The translations under genes were made by a program, and so were the position numbers. 38,261 nt of DNA, taken from positions 1 to 38,261 of the forward strand of contig CAXTPL010000008.1 in assembly GCA_964246065.1 (NCBI GenBank). Reading direction: 5' to 3'. Of the stretch, positions 28,767 to 38,261 are shown one piece after another. This DNA comes from an uncultured Acidobacteriaceae bacterium (GTDB lineage Bacteria; Acidobacteriota; Terriglobia; Terriglobales; Acidobacteriaceae). The first letter of the stretch is position 1. Each line of letters starts with the position of its first letter. The notes below the pieces were generated by a model, which searched no databases, was not told the origin of the DNA, and worked only from the letters and a program-made list of their open reading frames with translations.

Positions 28767-29183
28767 ATGGCACTCAGCGAGACGTACACCAACGAGCACG
28801 CCCAGGCGGGGCTCGCGACCAGCTTTCCCGAAATTGAAACCTGGCAGAACCAGTTTCAGGGCTACGAGATCGTCATCGATGATCCGGAGTTCACCTCCGT
28901 CTGCCCAAAAACCGGTTTGCCCGACTTTGGCGTCATTACCCTGCGCTACATGCCGCGTGCCACCTGCCTCGAGCTCAAGAGCTACAAGGAGTACCTGTTC
29001 TGCTACCGCAACCTGGGCATCTTTCAGGAGAATGTCGTCAACCAGGTGCTTGAAGACGTGGTCAAGGCATGCGAGCCCGTGTGGGCCGTGGTCAAGGGTG
29101 ATTTTCGGCCTCGAGGCGGCATCTCGACCGTGGTCGAAGCGCGCTGGCCCCGCCCTGCACTCGACGCCCAGCCACAGCTATGA
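28767..29183 (+). CDS. queF: NADPH-dependent 7-cyano-7-deazaguanine reductase QueF (unimodular type I)
   Basis: EFTSVCPKTGLPDF (catalytic Cys/Asp), QueF motif ELKSYKEY, RPRGGI. Confidence 0.95.
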   Translation: MALSETYTNEHAQAGLATSFPEIETWQNQFQGYEIVIDDPEFTSVCPKTGLPDFGVITLRYMPRATCLELKSYKEYLFCYRNLGIFQENVVNQVLEDVVKACEPVWAVVKGDFRPRGGISTVVEARWPRPALDAQPQL

Positions 29184-29211
29184 GCTTTCGCCGCCAAGGG
29201 TGTAGCCGGTT

Positions 29212-30426
29212 GTGTCGCTAACGGCATGGATTGCTGGGCTGGAGTGGCTGTTGGCGCTGGCGTGGACAGGCCGAGTCGCAACGACACTGTTGCATCTATG
29301 CGAAATCCCCAACCTGCTCGACGAGAACTATGCGCCTTTGCCGGGCTATGGAGCCGATGCGCCCGCGCTCGCCGTGATTGTGCCGGCGCTGAACGAGCAG
29401 GACGCCATCGGAGCGTGTCTGCGATCGTTGCTCGCAAGCCAGGGCATCCGCTTGGAGATTGTTGCTGTCGACGACCGGTCGAGCGACGCTACCGGCGCGA
29501 TCATGGATGCCGTAGCGCATGAGGCGGCCGCTGCGCCGCACGGGATGAGAGTGCTGCACATCCGGGATCTGCCTTCAGGCTGGCTCGGGAAGCCGCACGC
29601 ACTCGCGGCCGGGGCTGCCTGCACAACGGCGCCTCTGCTCTTGTTTACCGATGCCGACGCCTTGTTTGCGCCGGACGCCCTGGCGCGTGCCGCGCGGTAT
29701 ATGGAGAAAAGCGGAGCCGATCACCTGGTTCTTTTGCCCACCCCTATCCTGAAAAGCTGGGGTGAGCGCACCGTGCTCGGCATGCTCCAAGCCTATGCGC
29801 TGTGGGGCGTGCGGCTATGGAAGGTTGCTGATCCGCGCGCTCACGACTTCATCGGAGTAGGCTGCTTCAACCTCCTGCGCCGCGACACCTACGAGCAGAT
29901 AGGCCAGATGGACGCCGTGCGCATGGAGGTGGTCGAGGACCTGCGGCTTGGCTACCTGGTGAAATCTCGAGGCTTTCGCCAGCGGGCCGCGACAGGAATC
30001 GATCTGCTTCGACTGCACTGGGCGCCGGGCGCTTTCGGCATCGCAAGCGTTCTTGAGAAGAACTTTTTCGCGCTCTGCCGCTATAACCCGTGGATGCTGC
30101 TCTTTGGCGTTCTGGGCACCGCAATACTCACGCTCGGTCCGGTGATCGGGCTTTTCGGTCCGCCCGAGGTCAGTATTCCGTGCGCCTTTTCCATGCTGGT
30201 CCTGGCGCTCACCTACCTTGCTCAATCGCGCCGCACGCGCATACCGGCAGCATATGTGCTGCTCTTTCCGCTCGGCAGCCTGCTCATCCTGTATGCCATG
30301 CTGCGGTCTGCAGCGCTGACCCTGGCGCGTGGCGGGGTCAGCTGGCGCGGCACCTTCTACCCTCTGGCCGAGCTGCGGCAACACGCAGGCAGGCTCTGGT
30401 GGTGGCAACTGCGCAAACCCCGCTAG
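29212..30426 (+). CDS. Membrane-bound glycosyltransferase family 2 (HpnB/CrtQ-like)
   Basis: VIVPALNE, VDDRSSD, LPSGWLGK, FTDAD, VVED; N- and C-terminal TM segments; terminal VSWRGT.Y. Confidence 0.88.
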   Translation: MSLTAWIAGLEWLLALAWTGRVATTLLHLCEIPNLLDENYAPLPGYGADAPALAVIVPALNEQDAIGACLRSLLASQGIRLEIVAVDDRSSDATGAIMDAVAHEAAAAPHGMRVLHIRDLPSGWLGKPHALAAGAACTTAPLLLFTDADALFAPDALARAARYMEKSGADHLVLLPTPILKSWGERTVLGMLQAYALWGVRLWKVADPRAHDFIGVGCFNLLRRDTYEQIGQMDAVRMEVVEDLRLGYLVKSRGFRQRAATGIDLLRLHWAPGAFGIASVLEKNFFALCRYNPWMLLFGVLGTAILTLGPVIGLFGPPEVSIPCAFSMLVLALTYLAQSRRTRIPAAYVLLFPLGSLLILYAMLRSAALTLARGGVSWRGTFYPLAELRQHAGRLWWWQLRKPR

Positions 30427-30436
30427 CCTCCCCAGG

Positions 30437-30937
30437 TCACTTCGCAGTCCCTTTGAAAGCGCTGCTGCCCTTGTGCCGCCGTGCGCTCATCGCAGGATCA
30501 TGAAACGCCGTCGAGCCGTTTTCTGCTGAAAAGCCTGCCATCAGCGCCGGGTTCGGGCGGAACTTCTCCGCGCCGTCCTTGAACTGCCGCGCGTGGCTCA
30601 GCAGGATGGTCGATTGCCCGCGGACCACATGCACCGTTCCGCGAATCTGCACATCCTGATCCCGGTAGCTGCTCAGGTCCCCGACCTCCTTGCGATCCAT
30701 CGGCAGACTGATGACGGTGAACCGGCAGCTTTCGTCCGGCACATCCGGCTTGCACACGTCCAGGTAACGTGTGCCGTCGGCTACCTCCACCACGTCATAC
30801 ACGTGGGCAGCCACACAGATCTCTTTTTCCGCATGCTGCGGGGCTTGATCGGGAGGCACACAGGTGCGCGTTGCAAAGGCCGCGGGAAGAGAGCAAACAA
30901 GAAGAACAAGAGCAAAGAGGGACGAGGACCGTACCAT
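30437..30937 (-). CDS. Exported hypothetical protein, OB-fold-like
   Basis: Signal peptide; ICV..HVYDV...YLD...FTVI...Y..QDVQIRGTV...TILL...RQF pattern typical of single OB-fold proteins; four Cys; GAAAGGAA RBS. Confidence 0.7.
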   Translation of the reverse strand: MVRSSSLFALVLLVCSLPAAFATRTCVPPDQAPQHAEKEICVAAHVYDVVEVADGTRYLDVCKPDVPDESCRFTVISLPMDRKEVGDLSSYRDQDVQIRGTVHVVRGQSTILLSHARQFKDGAEKFRPNPALMAGFSAENGSTAFHDPAMSARRHKGSSAFKGTAK

Positions 30938-31124
30938 GGCAAGTTCCTTTCCCGAGTGCGTAGGGTGCGCCTAGGGTAAGTGCTTGCGCGTGGGACACCA
31001 AGAGTACCGAGGTGCCTGTTTACGGCGGTTTGTCGTTGACAACCGCATCGGCCGCCCGGCGTGAGGCTCGCGCAAGCCCGAGACGCACCCGCCGGGCGAT
31101 GGTCAGGCAGGCGCGACCCTGCGA

Positions 31125-32381
31125 CTACTGCACTTCGACCAGCTGCGGCGCCGCTTCGGCCCGAGCGGAGCCATAATGGGTCCGCACATACTCATCCAGA
31201 ATGACCTGGAACTCTTCAACAATCCGATCGCCCTTGAGCGTGGTCATCAGCCGTCCGTCGACATACACGGGTGCCCTGGGCTCCTCAAAGGTTCCAGGCA
31301 AAGAGATGCCGATATTTGCATGCTTGCTTTCGCCCGGTCCGTTGACGATGCAGCCCATGACCGCGAGTTTCATCTCTTCGACACCGGGATACTGCCGCCG
31401 CCACGCCGGCATCGACGCCCGCAGATAATCCTGGATGCGCTCGGCAAGCTCCTGGAAGTAGGTGCTGGTGGTGCGCCCGCAGCCGGGGCAGGCGGTGACC
31501 TGCGGCGAAAAAGAGCGGATCGAGAGCGACTGCAGAATCTGCTGCGCTGTCTGGACCTCCTCGGTGCGGTCCCCGTTCGGCTTGGGCGTAAGCGAAACGC
31601 GGATCGTATCGCCGATCCCTGCGAGCAGCAGCGGGGCCAGCCCTGCCGCTGAGGCCACAATCCCCTTCATCCCCATGCCGGCCTCGGTCAGTCCCAGATG
31701 CAGAGGATAATCGCAGCGGCCGGCGACCATGTGGTACACGTCGATCAGGTCGCGCACGCCTGACACCTTGGCGCTGAGAATGATCTGGTCGTGCCGCAGC
31801 CCGTAGCGTTCAGCCGCCTCGGCGGAGGACAGCGCGGAAACCACCATCGCCTCCATCATGACGTCGCGCGCCGGCAGAGGGTCGGCAAGCCGCGAGTTTT
31901 CATCCATCATCGTGGTCAGCAGCGCCTGGTCGAGCGAGCCCCAGTTCACGCCGATGCGCACCGGCTTTTGATGCTCGACTGCAACCTCGATCATGGTGCG
32001 AAAGTTGTCGTCGTTCTTGCGGCCGATCGAAACGTTGCCCGGATTGATGCGGTACTTGGCGAGCGTCCGGGCGCACGCCGGATACTTGCGCAGCAGCTGG
32101 TGACCGTTGTAATGAAAGTCGCCCACGATCGGCGTCGACAGGCCAAGCTTGTCCAGCCCTTCGACGATGTGCGGCACCGCCTGCGCGGCGTCGTCGTTGT
32201 TCACGGTGACACGCACCAGCTCTGAGCCGGCAGCGGCCAGCGCCGCGATCTGCGCAATGCTCCCAGGCACATCCGCCGTGTCGGTGTTGGTCATCGATTG
32301 CACAGCAACCGGCGCATCCGACCCGACGCGCACGTTGCCGACCAGCGCGGTCACAGTTTTTCTGCGATGGATATCTGCCAT
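31125..32381 (-). CDS. ispG: (E)-4-hydroxy-3-methylbut-2-enyl-diphosphate synthase (flavodoxin/ferredoxin)
   Basis: [53 protein letters not shown] and [11 protein letters not shown] Fe-S ligands. Confidence 0.97.
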   Translation of the reverse strand: MADIHRRKTVTALVGNVRVGSDAPVAVQSMTNTDTADVPGSIAQIAALAAAGSELVRVTVNNDDAAQAVPHIVEGLDKLGLSTPIVGDFHYNGHQLLRKYPACARTLAKYRINPGNVSIGRKNDDNFRTMIEVAVEHQKPVRIGVNWGSLDQALLTTMMDENSRLADPLPARDVMMEAMVVSALSSAEAAERYGLRHDQIILSAKVSGVRDLIDVYHMVAGRCDYPLHLGLTEAGMGMKGIVASAAGLAPLLLAGIGDTIRVSLTPKPNGDRTEEVQTAQQILQSLSIRSFSPQVTACPGCGRTTSTYFQELAERIQDYLRASMPAWRRQYPGVEEMKLAVMGCIVNGPGESKHANIGISLPGTFEEPRAPVYVDGRLMTTLKGDRIVEEFQVILDEYVRTHYGSARAEAAPQLVEVQ

Positions 32382-32597
32382 AAAGCCTCACGGTCAGTTT
32401 ATCAGGGCGCCGGAAAGCGTCGAGACTTTGCCCCACTCTGCTGCCTGTCCCGAAGTGGAACGGTACCAAAGGCACAAACCGTCCGCTTTGCTGGCCGCTC
32501 CTTCTCCCCGATATGGCAAACAAGAGGAGAAGGACTTCTGGAAGCAAGTGCTAAAACAGCTTCCGCTCGCCTAACCCGCTGCTGTGCGGAGTCTGCT

Positions 32598-35330
32598 GTG
32601 TTGAAAAAGGTTTGGGTTGTCGCGTGCCTGGTCCTGGTGCTGGCTGTAGCCGCTTGTAGTCGAAGCAGCCCGGGCGCGCCCCTGGCAATTACCTCAGCGT
32701 CGACGGCCAACGCGACTCTTGGGGCAGCCTACTCACTCGCTTTGCAGGCGACGGGCGGAACGGCACCTTACCTTTGGGCTCTCGCGACCGGCTCGACTCT
32801 CCCTGCGGGTTTGACGCTTGACGGGCAGACGGGCGTGCTCAGCGGCACCCCGACGGCTGCAGGAGCCTCCAAAGCGACGCTCACGGTTGCCGACTCCAGC
32901 CATCCTGCACAGACCGCTACGCTTGCTTTTACCCTGACCGTCAATGAGCTTCCGCTGGCGATCACCACGACGGCTCTCGCCGTCGGCACGCCGGGAGCCG
33001 CCTACAGCCAAGCGCTTGCGGCGTCCGGCGGCATGGCGCCCTACACCTGGAGCCTGGCGAACGGCGCCAGCCTTCCCGCCGGCCTTGTTCTCGACGCGTC
33101 TTCGGGCCTCATCAGCGGCATACCGGCCGCAAGCGGAACCAGCACGGTTCTCGTGCAGGTTTCTGACACCAGCACCCCCGCGCTGACAGCGAGCCAGACC
33201 TACACTCTTCTGATCGCGCCTCCACCTCTCTCCATCTCCGCAGCCGCGCTGGCAGGCGGGGTGGTCGGCATCGCCTACGCGCAAACGCTCGCGGTCTCGG
33301 GCGGTACCCCGCCTTACCAATGGACGATTGCAAGCGGGGCCTTGCCTCCCGGGCTGACCCTCGCACCCACGACCGGGATCATCAGCGGCACTCCAACAGC
33401 GGCAGGCACCTCGCCGGCAACCATCGCTGTGGCCGACGCCAGCAGCCCGGCACTTACGGCAGAGCGAACCGTCAGCATTGTCGTTTCACCGGCGCCGCTG
33501 GTCATTACCACTTCCACGCTGGCGAACGCCGTTGTCGGCTCGCCCTATTCCGCTAGCTTGATAGCGACCGGTGGTACGCCGCCATATCGTTGGTCGCTGG
33601 CAGGCGGCGCAATTCCTGCCGGACTCGCGCTCTCAGCCGCCGGGCTTCTCAGCGGCACCCCAACTCTGGCCGGCTCCAGCTCCTTTACGGTAGCCGCGAC
33701 CGATGCTTCTTCCAGGGTTGCTACGCAGCTGCTCACCTTCACCGCACAACCCGCGGCCGTGGCTGGCCAGGCACTCCTCAGCGGGCAGTACTTCTTTCAA
33801 CTGGACACCTTCTCAGTCGACCCCGGTACTCGCGTCGATCATGAGTTCTTCGCCGGGAGCCTGACTCTGGACGGCAATGGAAACGTCACCGGCTTTGGCG
33901 ACTACTCTGACGACCATGCGAGCCATGCCAGCGGCACCATCACCGGCAGCTACTCGCTTGGCAGCGACCGTCGCGGAACACTGACACTCAGCTTGCCTCA
34001 GCAGGGAACAGAGCAGTTCGCCATCGTTGCAGGCTCGGTCCTGACCCCGGGCGGGGTCGCCACCCGCGCCGAACTGGTAGAAACCGACCAGGATCTCAGC
34101 AACAACTTTGCTCCCGCTCGCAACTACGCGACAGGCTTCCTCCAGCGGCAGGACCCGACAGCGTTTGTACCCTCTTCGCTGGTTGGCAACAGCGTCTTCG
34201 GCTGGTCGGGTGATACGGCGCTGACCTCCGCGGCCGGTGCGCTGCCGCAAGCGGGCGGCCTGAGTCTCGCAGGGCTGCTTTCCGTCGGAAGCGACATGCA
34301 CCTGGCAGTCGGAAGTACCGCCGACATTGCCACCAACCTGGCCATGGACACGGCTGTTCCCCTGGCCGGCGGGGTTGCGCCGGACACAGCGCTCGAGCCC
34401 GGCGGCGCGACCAACTTCGGCCTTTACGGCCGCGCCACACTTACCTTTTCGACCGGCAGCTACCCCAACGGCATGCTGCCCGCTACTTCGGTTCTGTATA
34501 TCCTCGACGCCACCCACTGCTACGCCGTAAGTGCCCCGGCCGGCACGCAGGACCCGCTGTATGCCGGGTACCTCGTCAAGCAATTCGGCTCCTTTGGCAG
34601 CAATGCCCTCAACGGCGCAGCCATTGCCTACGGAGTCTCGCAGGGGCTAGGTTCGCAGGCCAACTTTGCCTCCGACGCAGGAACGCTCGCGCTCTTCAGC
34701 AACGCCAACGCAGTGATCGCACGGTACAGCGCCGATGGCAGCGGGAACCTGGCCACCGTGACAGACGTAAACGGCGGCGGCACGCTCACCTCCGCGCTTG
34801 CCGGCGCCGCTACCTACAGCGTTGCCGCAAACGGCAGGGTGGTCTTCTCCGGAACCGCTCCCGCGCCCATCCTTTGGCTGAGCGGGACCAATGCCGGCTT
34901 TGCGACCACGCAGCCCAGCGCCAGCGGTCCCTACCCCACACTCCTTACCCTTGAGCCGCAAACAGCTCAAACCTACTCGACGGCAGCCCTGAGCGGCAGC
35001 TTCACACTCGGGGTGCAGGCACTCCATGCTTCCTCGTCCCTGCTGGCCAGCGGAGACCTAAGCTTCGACGGCGCCGGTGGGCTCAGCGCTACCGTGGACT
35101 TCTTCAGCGACGGCTACCTCCAGCAGTTTGGGAGCACCCCTATCTCGGAAATCGGTACATATCTGCTGGATTCCACCGGCCGCGGCACGCTCGCTCCTAC
35201 CCTTTACGAAGGCACAACGTCGGTTGCTCATGAAAATCTGGTCTTCTACGCCATCTCACCTACAAAGGCAGTGGCTATCGATACGACGGCCGGCGACCAA
35301 AGCCCGTCCATCGTTGTGTTGCAGCAATGA
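32598..35330 (+). CDS. Large surface lipoprotein with four putative Ig (He_PIG-like) domains and a repeated beta-rich C-terminal region
   Basis: GTG 32598 after GGAG; lipobox VAAC; four repeats of I.T..L.....G.AY...L.A.GG..PY.W......LP.GL.L....G..SG.P. Confidence 0.85.
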   Translation: MLKKVWVVACLVLVLAVAACSRSSPGAPLAITSASTANATLGAAYSLALQATGGTAPYLWALATGSTLPAGLTLDGQTGVLSGTPTAAGASKATLTVADSSHPAQTATLAFTLTVNELPLAITTTALAVGTPGAAYSQALAASGGMAPYTWSLANGASLPAGLVLDASSGLISGIPAASGTSTVLVQVSDTSTPALTASQTYTLLIAPPPLSISAAALAGGVVGIAYAQTLAVSGGTPPYQWTIASGALPPGLTLAPTTGIISGTPTAAGTSPATIAVADASSPALTAERTVSIVVSPAPLVITTSTLANAVVGSPYSASLIATGGTPPYRWSLAGGAIPAGLALSAAGLLSGTPTLAGSSSFTVAATDASSRVATQLLTFTAQPAAVAGQALLSGQYFFQLDTFSVDPGTRVDHEFFAGSLTLDGNGNVTGFGDYSDDHASHASGTITGSYSLGSDRRGTLTLSLPQQGTEQFAIVAGSVLTPGGVATRAELVETDQDLSNNFAPARNYATGFLQRQDPTAFVPSSLVGNSVFGWSGDTALTSAAGALPQAGGLSLAGLLSVGSDMHLAVGSTADIATNLAMDTAVPLAGGVAPDTALEPGGATNFGLYGRATLTFSTGSYPNGMLPATSVLYILDATHCYAVSAPAGTQDPLYAGYLVKQFGSFGSNALNGAAIAYGVSQGLGSQANFASDAGTLALFSNANAVIARYSADGSGNLATVTDVNGGGTLTSALAGAATYSVAANGRVVFSGTAPAPILWLSGTNAGFATTQPSASGPYPTLLTLEPQTAQTYSTAALSGSFTLGVQALHASSSLLASGDLSFDGAGGLSATVDFFSDGYLQQFGSTPISEIGTYLLDSTGRGTLAPTLYEGTTSVAHENLVFYAISPTKAVAIDTTAGDQSPSIVVLQQ

Positions 35331-35474
35331 TGACGCATGGCAAGCCGGGCGGCGTTCCCCTGCCAACGCTTGCCCGTGCTCCGGACGGCTGGCGAGCTTG
35401 GCGAAACCGGCCGGAGCCGTCGCCCCGTATAGAATGCCCTCCAGGGCGCATGCGTCATTCTGCCCGGGGAGAGA

Positions 35475-36527
35475 GTGCATACCTTGGCCACACCTGCCGC
35501 CGCGGCGCCAACCGCGCTGCCGCTGACCTTTCAGCAGCTTTTGTTCCGACTCCAAAGCTTCTGGGCCGAGCGGGGCTGCGTGCTGCAGCAGCCCTTCGAT
35601 ATCGAAGTAGGCGCGGGTACGATGTCGCCGGAAACCTTTCTCCGCGTTCTCGGTCCAAGGCCAGTGCAGCTGGCCTACGCCCAGCCTTCTCGCCGGCCAG
35701 CCGACGGACGCTACGGCGAAAACCCTAACCGGCTCTACAAACACACCCAGTTTCAGGTCATCCTCAAGCCGCCTCCGTTTGACGTGCAGCAGGTGTATCT
35801 CCAATCGCTCGAGGCAATTGGGATCGATCTCCTCCAGCATGACTTGAAGTTTGAAGAAGACAACTGGGAGTGGCCCGTCGGCGGAGCATGGGGCGTTGGC
35901 TGGCAGGTGATGCTCGATGGGCTCGAAATCACCCAGTTCACCTACTTTCAGCAATGCGGCGGCATGGACCTGGACCCGATCACCGGCGAGATCACCTACG
36001 GGTTAGAGCGCATCGCCGGCTTTCTCCAGGATGTGGATTCGATCTACGACATCGTTTGGGCGCGCGATCCGAAGACCGGGCAAACTGTCACCTACGGCGA
36101 CATGCGCCTTGAAGAAGAGCTCCAGTTGTCGGTCTACAGCTTTGAAGCAGCCGAGGTGCCGAAGCTCTGGGAGCACCTGCGCTTGTATGAGGCCGAGTGC
36201 CAGGCGCTGCTGGCAGGCTTTGAGGATGCGCGGCGCCAAATTGGCGAGGAAGCAGAGCTCCACGAACGTCCGGTGCCTGCAGAAGCTGCCGCTTCCTCGA
36301 CCGACCTCGCCGCCGGGGCGCCTAGGCCCCTAGACCTTCGGCTTCGTCGTTTTCCGACCCTGGGCGCTTATGAGTTGTGCCTCAAGTGTTCGCACTTGTT
36401 CAACGTGCTCGATGCGCGTGGCGCTATCTCGGTCACCGAACGGGTCGCTGTCATGGCGCGCATCCGCACCCTTGTGGTCGGGGTGGCTCGAGCCTATGCG
36501 GCGCAGCACACCACAGAGTCCAGGTAG
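35475..36527 (+). CDS. glyQ: Glycine--tRNA ligase alpha subunit
   Basis: [70 protein letters not shown]. Confidence 0.97.
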   Translation: MHTLATPAAAAPTALPLTFQQLLFRLQSFWAERGCVLQQPFDIEVGAGTMSPETFLRVLGPRPVQLAYAQPSRRPADGRYGENPNRLYKHTQFQVILKPPPFDVQQVYLQSLEAIGIDLLQHDLKFEEDNWEWPVGGAWGVGWQVMLDGLEITQFTYFQQCGGMDLDPITGEITYGLERIAGFLQDVDSIYDIVWARDPKTGQTVTYGDMRLEEELQLSVYSFEAAEVPKLWEHLRLYEAECQALLAGFEDARRQIGEEAELHERPVPAEAAASSTDLAAGAPRPLDLRLRRFPTLGAYELCLKCSHLFNVLDARGAISVTERVAVMARIRTLVVGVARAYAAQHTTESR

Positions 36528-36538
36528 AAAGAACGAGC

Positions 36539-38261
36539 ATGGCAGAACTACTCCTTGAAATTGGCCTGGAAGAGATCCCCGCGCGCATGATCGCAGCGGC
36601 TGAAAGTGAGCTCGCGCGCCGGACAGAAGAGCTGCTCTGCAGGGAGCGACTCGCCTTCCCGGAGCTGCAGGTCCGCAGCTTTGCCACGCCGCGCAGACTC
36701 GCCGTGCACGTGATCGGCGTCGCGCCGGCCCAGGCAGATACGGAGGAACAGCTTACCGGACCCGCCTGGACAGTGGCTTTTCGCGATGGAGCCCCCGGCC
36801 CTGCGGCGCTGGCATTTGCCAGAAAGGCGGGGGTTCCGGTGGAAGGCCTCGTCAAGCTTCCGACGCCCAAAGGCGAGTACGTTTCGGCTACCGTCCACCG
36901 CGCGGGTCGCTCCGCCGCCGAGCTGCTCGCGACCGAGCTTCCTCGCGAGCTTGCCGCGCTCTCCTGGCCGAAAAACATGTATTGGCGGCCCGGCAAGCCG
37001 GAGCGCTACGTGCGACCTGTCAAATGGCTGCTCGCCCTGCTCGATCAGGCCATCCTCCCGCTCGACTTCGCCGGCGTGGCGGCGACAAACCTCACATACG
37101 GTCACCGCATCCTCCATGGAGCTGCAGGGGTACCGATCGATCATCCGCGAGACTACCTGCCGCGGCTACAGGCGGCCTTTGTTTTGCCTGAGGTAAGCGC
37201 CCGCCGGCACCGCATCCGCAAGGCGCTCGATGCGGCCGCCCGGGCGGTCGCCGGCGCGCGCTGGCGCGAAGACGAGCCGCTGGTTGAAACCGTGGTACAG
37301 CTTACTGAGTGGCCCTCGGTTGTGCTCGGCAGCTTTGCGCCTGAGTTTCTCGCGCTCCCCCAGGAAGTCCTGGTCACCGTGATGCGCGACCACCAGAAGT
37401 ACTTTGCGGTAGAAGACGCGCAGGGCGCCCTGGCTCCACACTTTCTTGCCGTGCTCAACACAGAGGGCGATGCATCGGGCCTGATCCGCCACGGCAATGA
37501 GCGCGTTTTGCGCGCACGCTTCAGCGATGCGCGTTTCTTCTGGGATGTCGACCGCAAAATCTCGCTCGACGACCGCAAAGAGCTGCTGCGCTCGGTCACG
37601 TTCCAAAAAGACTTGGGCAGCTACCACGATAAGACGATGCGCACTGCCGGGATTGCCCGCGCTCTCCTGTTGCGCGTCCGGGCCTGTGGCACCCCGGTTG
37701 AGGGCGCTGCATTGGAACGCGCGGTCCAGCTGGCGAAGGTCGACCTGACCACCGAGCTCGTCAAGGAGTTCACCGAGCTGCAGGGCGTCGTCGGAGGCCT
37801 GTATGCCCGAGCCGCGGGCGAGCACGAAGCAGTGTGCGCGGCTATCTACGCGCAGTACCAGCCTGCGTCAGCCTCAGCGGCGATCCCGCCGACCATCGAG
37901 GGGCAGCTCCTCGGGGTCGCCGACCGGATCGGCACGGTCGTGGACATGTTCGCGCTGGGCTTCGCTCCCACGGGGTCCAAGGACCCATACGCCTTGCGCC
38001 GCGCCGCCAATGCGATCGTCAGCATCCTGGCGCAAGCCCGTTTGCCGCTGACCGTCAACGACGTGCTCGCGGCCGGGCTCGCAGAAGCCGCGGCTGGGAC
38101 GCAGGAAACCTTGCGCGCCGCGCTCCAGGCCTTTTTCCGGGAGCGGATCGAGTTCTATCTCCGGGACCTGCTCGGTTACAGCTTCGACGTGGTCAGTGCG
38201 GTGCTCGCCGCCGGCGGCGCGATCTGGCGTTCAAGCCCATCTTCGGCCTGTTCGCGGCTTT
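36539..38261 (+). CDS. glyS: Glycine--tRNA ligase beta subunit (3'-partial; absent from the ORF track because no stop is in the window)
   Basis: Manual translation MAELLLEIGLEEIPARM...FATPRRLAV...MRDHQKYF...GNERVLRARFSDARFF...LVKEFTELQGVVGGLYA...PTGSKDPYALRRAA; follows glyQ. Confidence 0.96.
   Translation, partial: MAELLLEIGLEEIPARMIAAAESELARRTEELLCRERLAFPELQVRSFATPRRLAVHVIGVAPAQADTEEQLTGPAWTVAFRDGAPGPAALAFARKAGVPVEGLVKLPTPKGEYVSATVHRAGRSAAELLATELPRELAALSWPKNMYWRPGKPERYVRPVKWLLALLDQAILPLDFAGVAATNLTYGHRILHGAAGVPIDHPRDYLPRLQAAFVLPEVSARRHRIRKALDAAARAVAGARWREDEPLVETVVQLTEWPSVVLGSFAPEFLALPQEVLVTVMRDHQKYFAVEDAQGALAPHFLAVLNTEGDASGLIRHGNERVLRARFSDARFFWDVDRKISLDDRKELLRSVTFQKDLGSYHDKTMRTAGIARALLLRVRACGTPVEGAALERAVQLAKVDLTTELVKEFTELQGVVGGLYARAAGEHEAVCAAIYAQYQPASASAAIPPTIEGQLLGVADRIGTVVDMFALGFAPTGSKDPYALRRAANAIVSILAQARLPLTVNDVLAAGLAEAAAGTQETLRAALQAFFRERIEFYLRDLLGYSFDVVSAVLAAGGAIWRSSPSSACSRL

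Noticed and set aside
28767-29183. queF as part of a 7-deazaguanine DNA-modification (dpd) defence island
   Set aside because: No dpdA/tgt-like, queC/D/E or helicase genes nearby; ordinary tRNA queuosine synthesis is the simpler explanation.
32382-32597. Possible c-di-GMP-I riboswitch (GGCAAAC, CTAA, two hairpins) upstream of the Ig lipoprotein
   Set aside because: The GNRA-capped P2 stem and the GCAAAG/receptor arrangement could not be built; the hairpins (TCCTTCTCC/GGAGAAGGA, GGAAGC/GCTTCC) are generic. An Rfam search would settle it.
35330-35474. T-box leader or mobile-element ends before glyQ (10-bp inverted repeat ATGACGCATG/CATGCGTCAT)
   Set aside because: No T-box consensus or terminator, the spacer is too short, and there is no target duplication or transposase.

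Overview
GC-rich bacterial chromosomal segment; protein sequences and gene order suggest Acidobacteriota (Acidobacteriaceae/Terriglobia-like), which is an inference. Left: the housekeeping block tig-clpP-clpX-lon-(orphan membrane gene)-engB on the minus strand, convergent with a short urocanase-like gene. Middle: a lipoprotein aldose 1-epimerase, an LprI-like exported protein coupled to a family-5 uracil-DNA glycosylase, two small stress-type genes, then a hopanoid operon hpnA-hpnG-[two Zn-dependent MDR dehydrogenases]-hpnC-hpnD-hpnE, a GH15 hydrolase, and on the minus strand MFP-TolC-hpnJ-two small DMT/SMR proteins. Right: an ECF sigma/anti-sigma/DUF4252-like operon in which two of three genes carry single-base frameshifts, queF, a GT2 glycosyltransferase, an exported OB-fold-like protein, ispG, a large Ig-repeat lipoprotein, and glyQ-glyS (glyS runs off the end). 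No CRISPR array, rRNA, tRNA or mobile element was recognised. The best lead for undescribed biology is the pair of polyol-dehydrogenase-like MDR enzymes (one NAD-type, one NADP-type) inside the hopanoid operon, candidates for unassigned redox steps of bacteriohopanepolyol side-chain synthesis, together with an ArnE/ArnF-like pair next to hpnJ.
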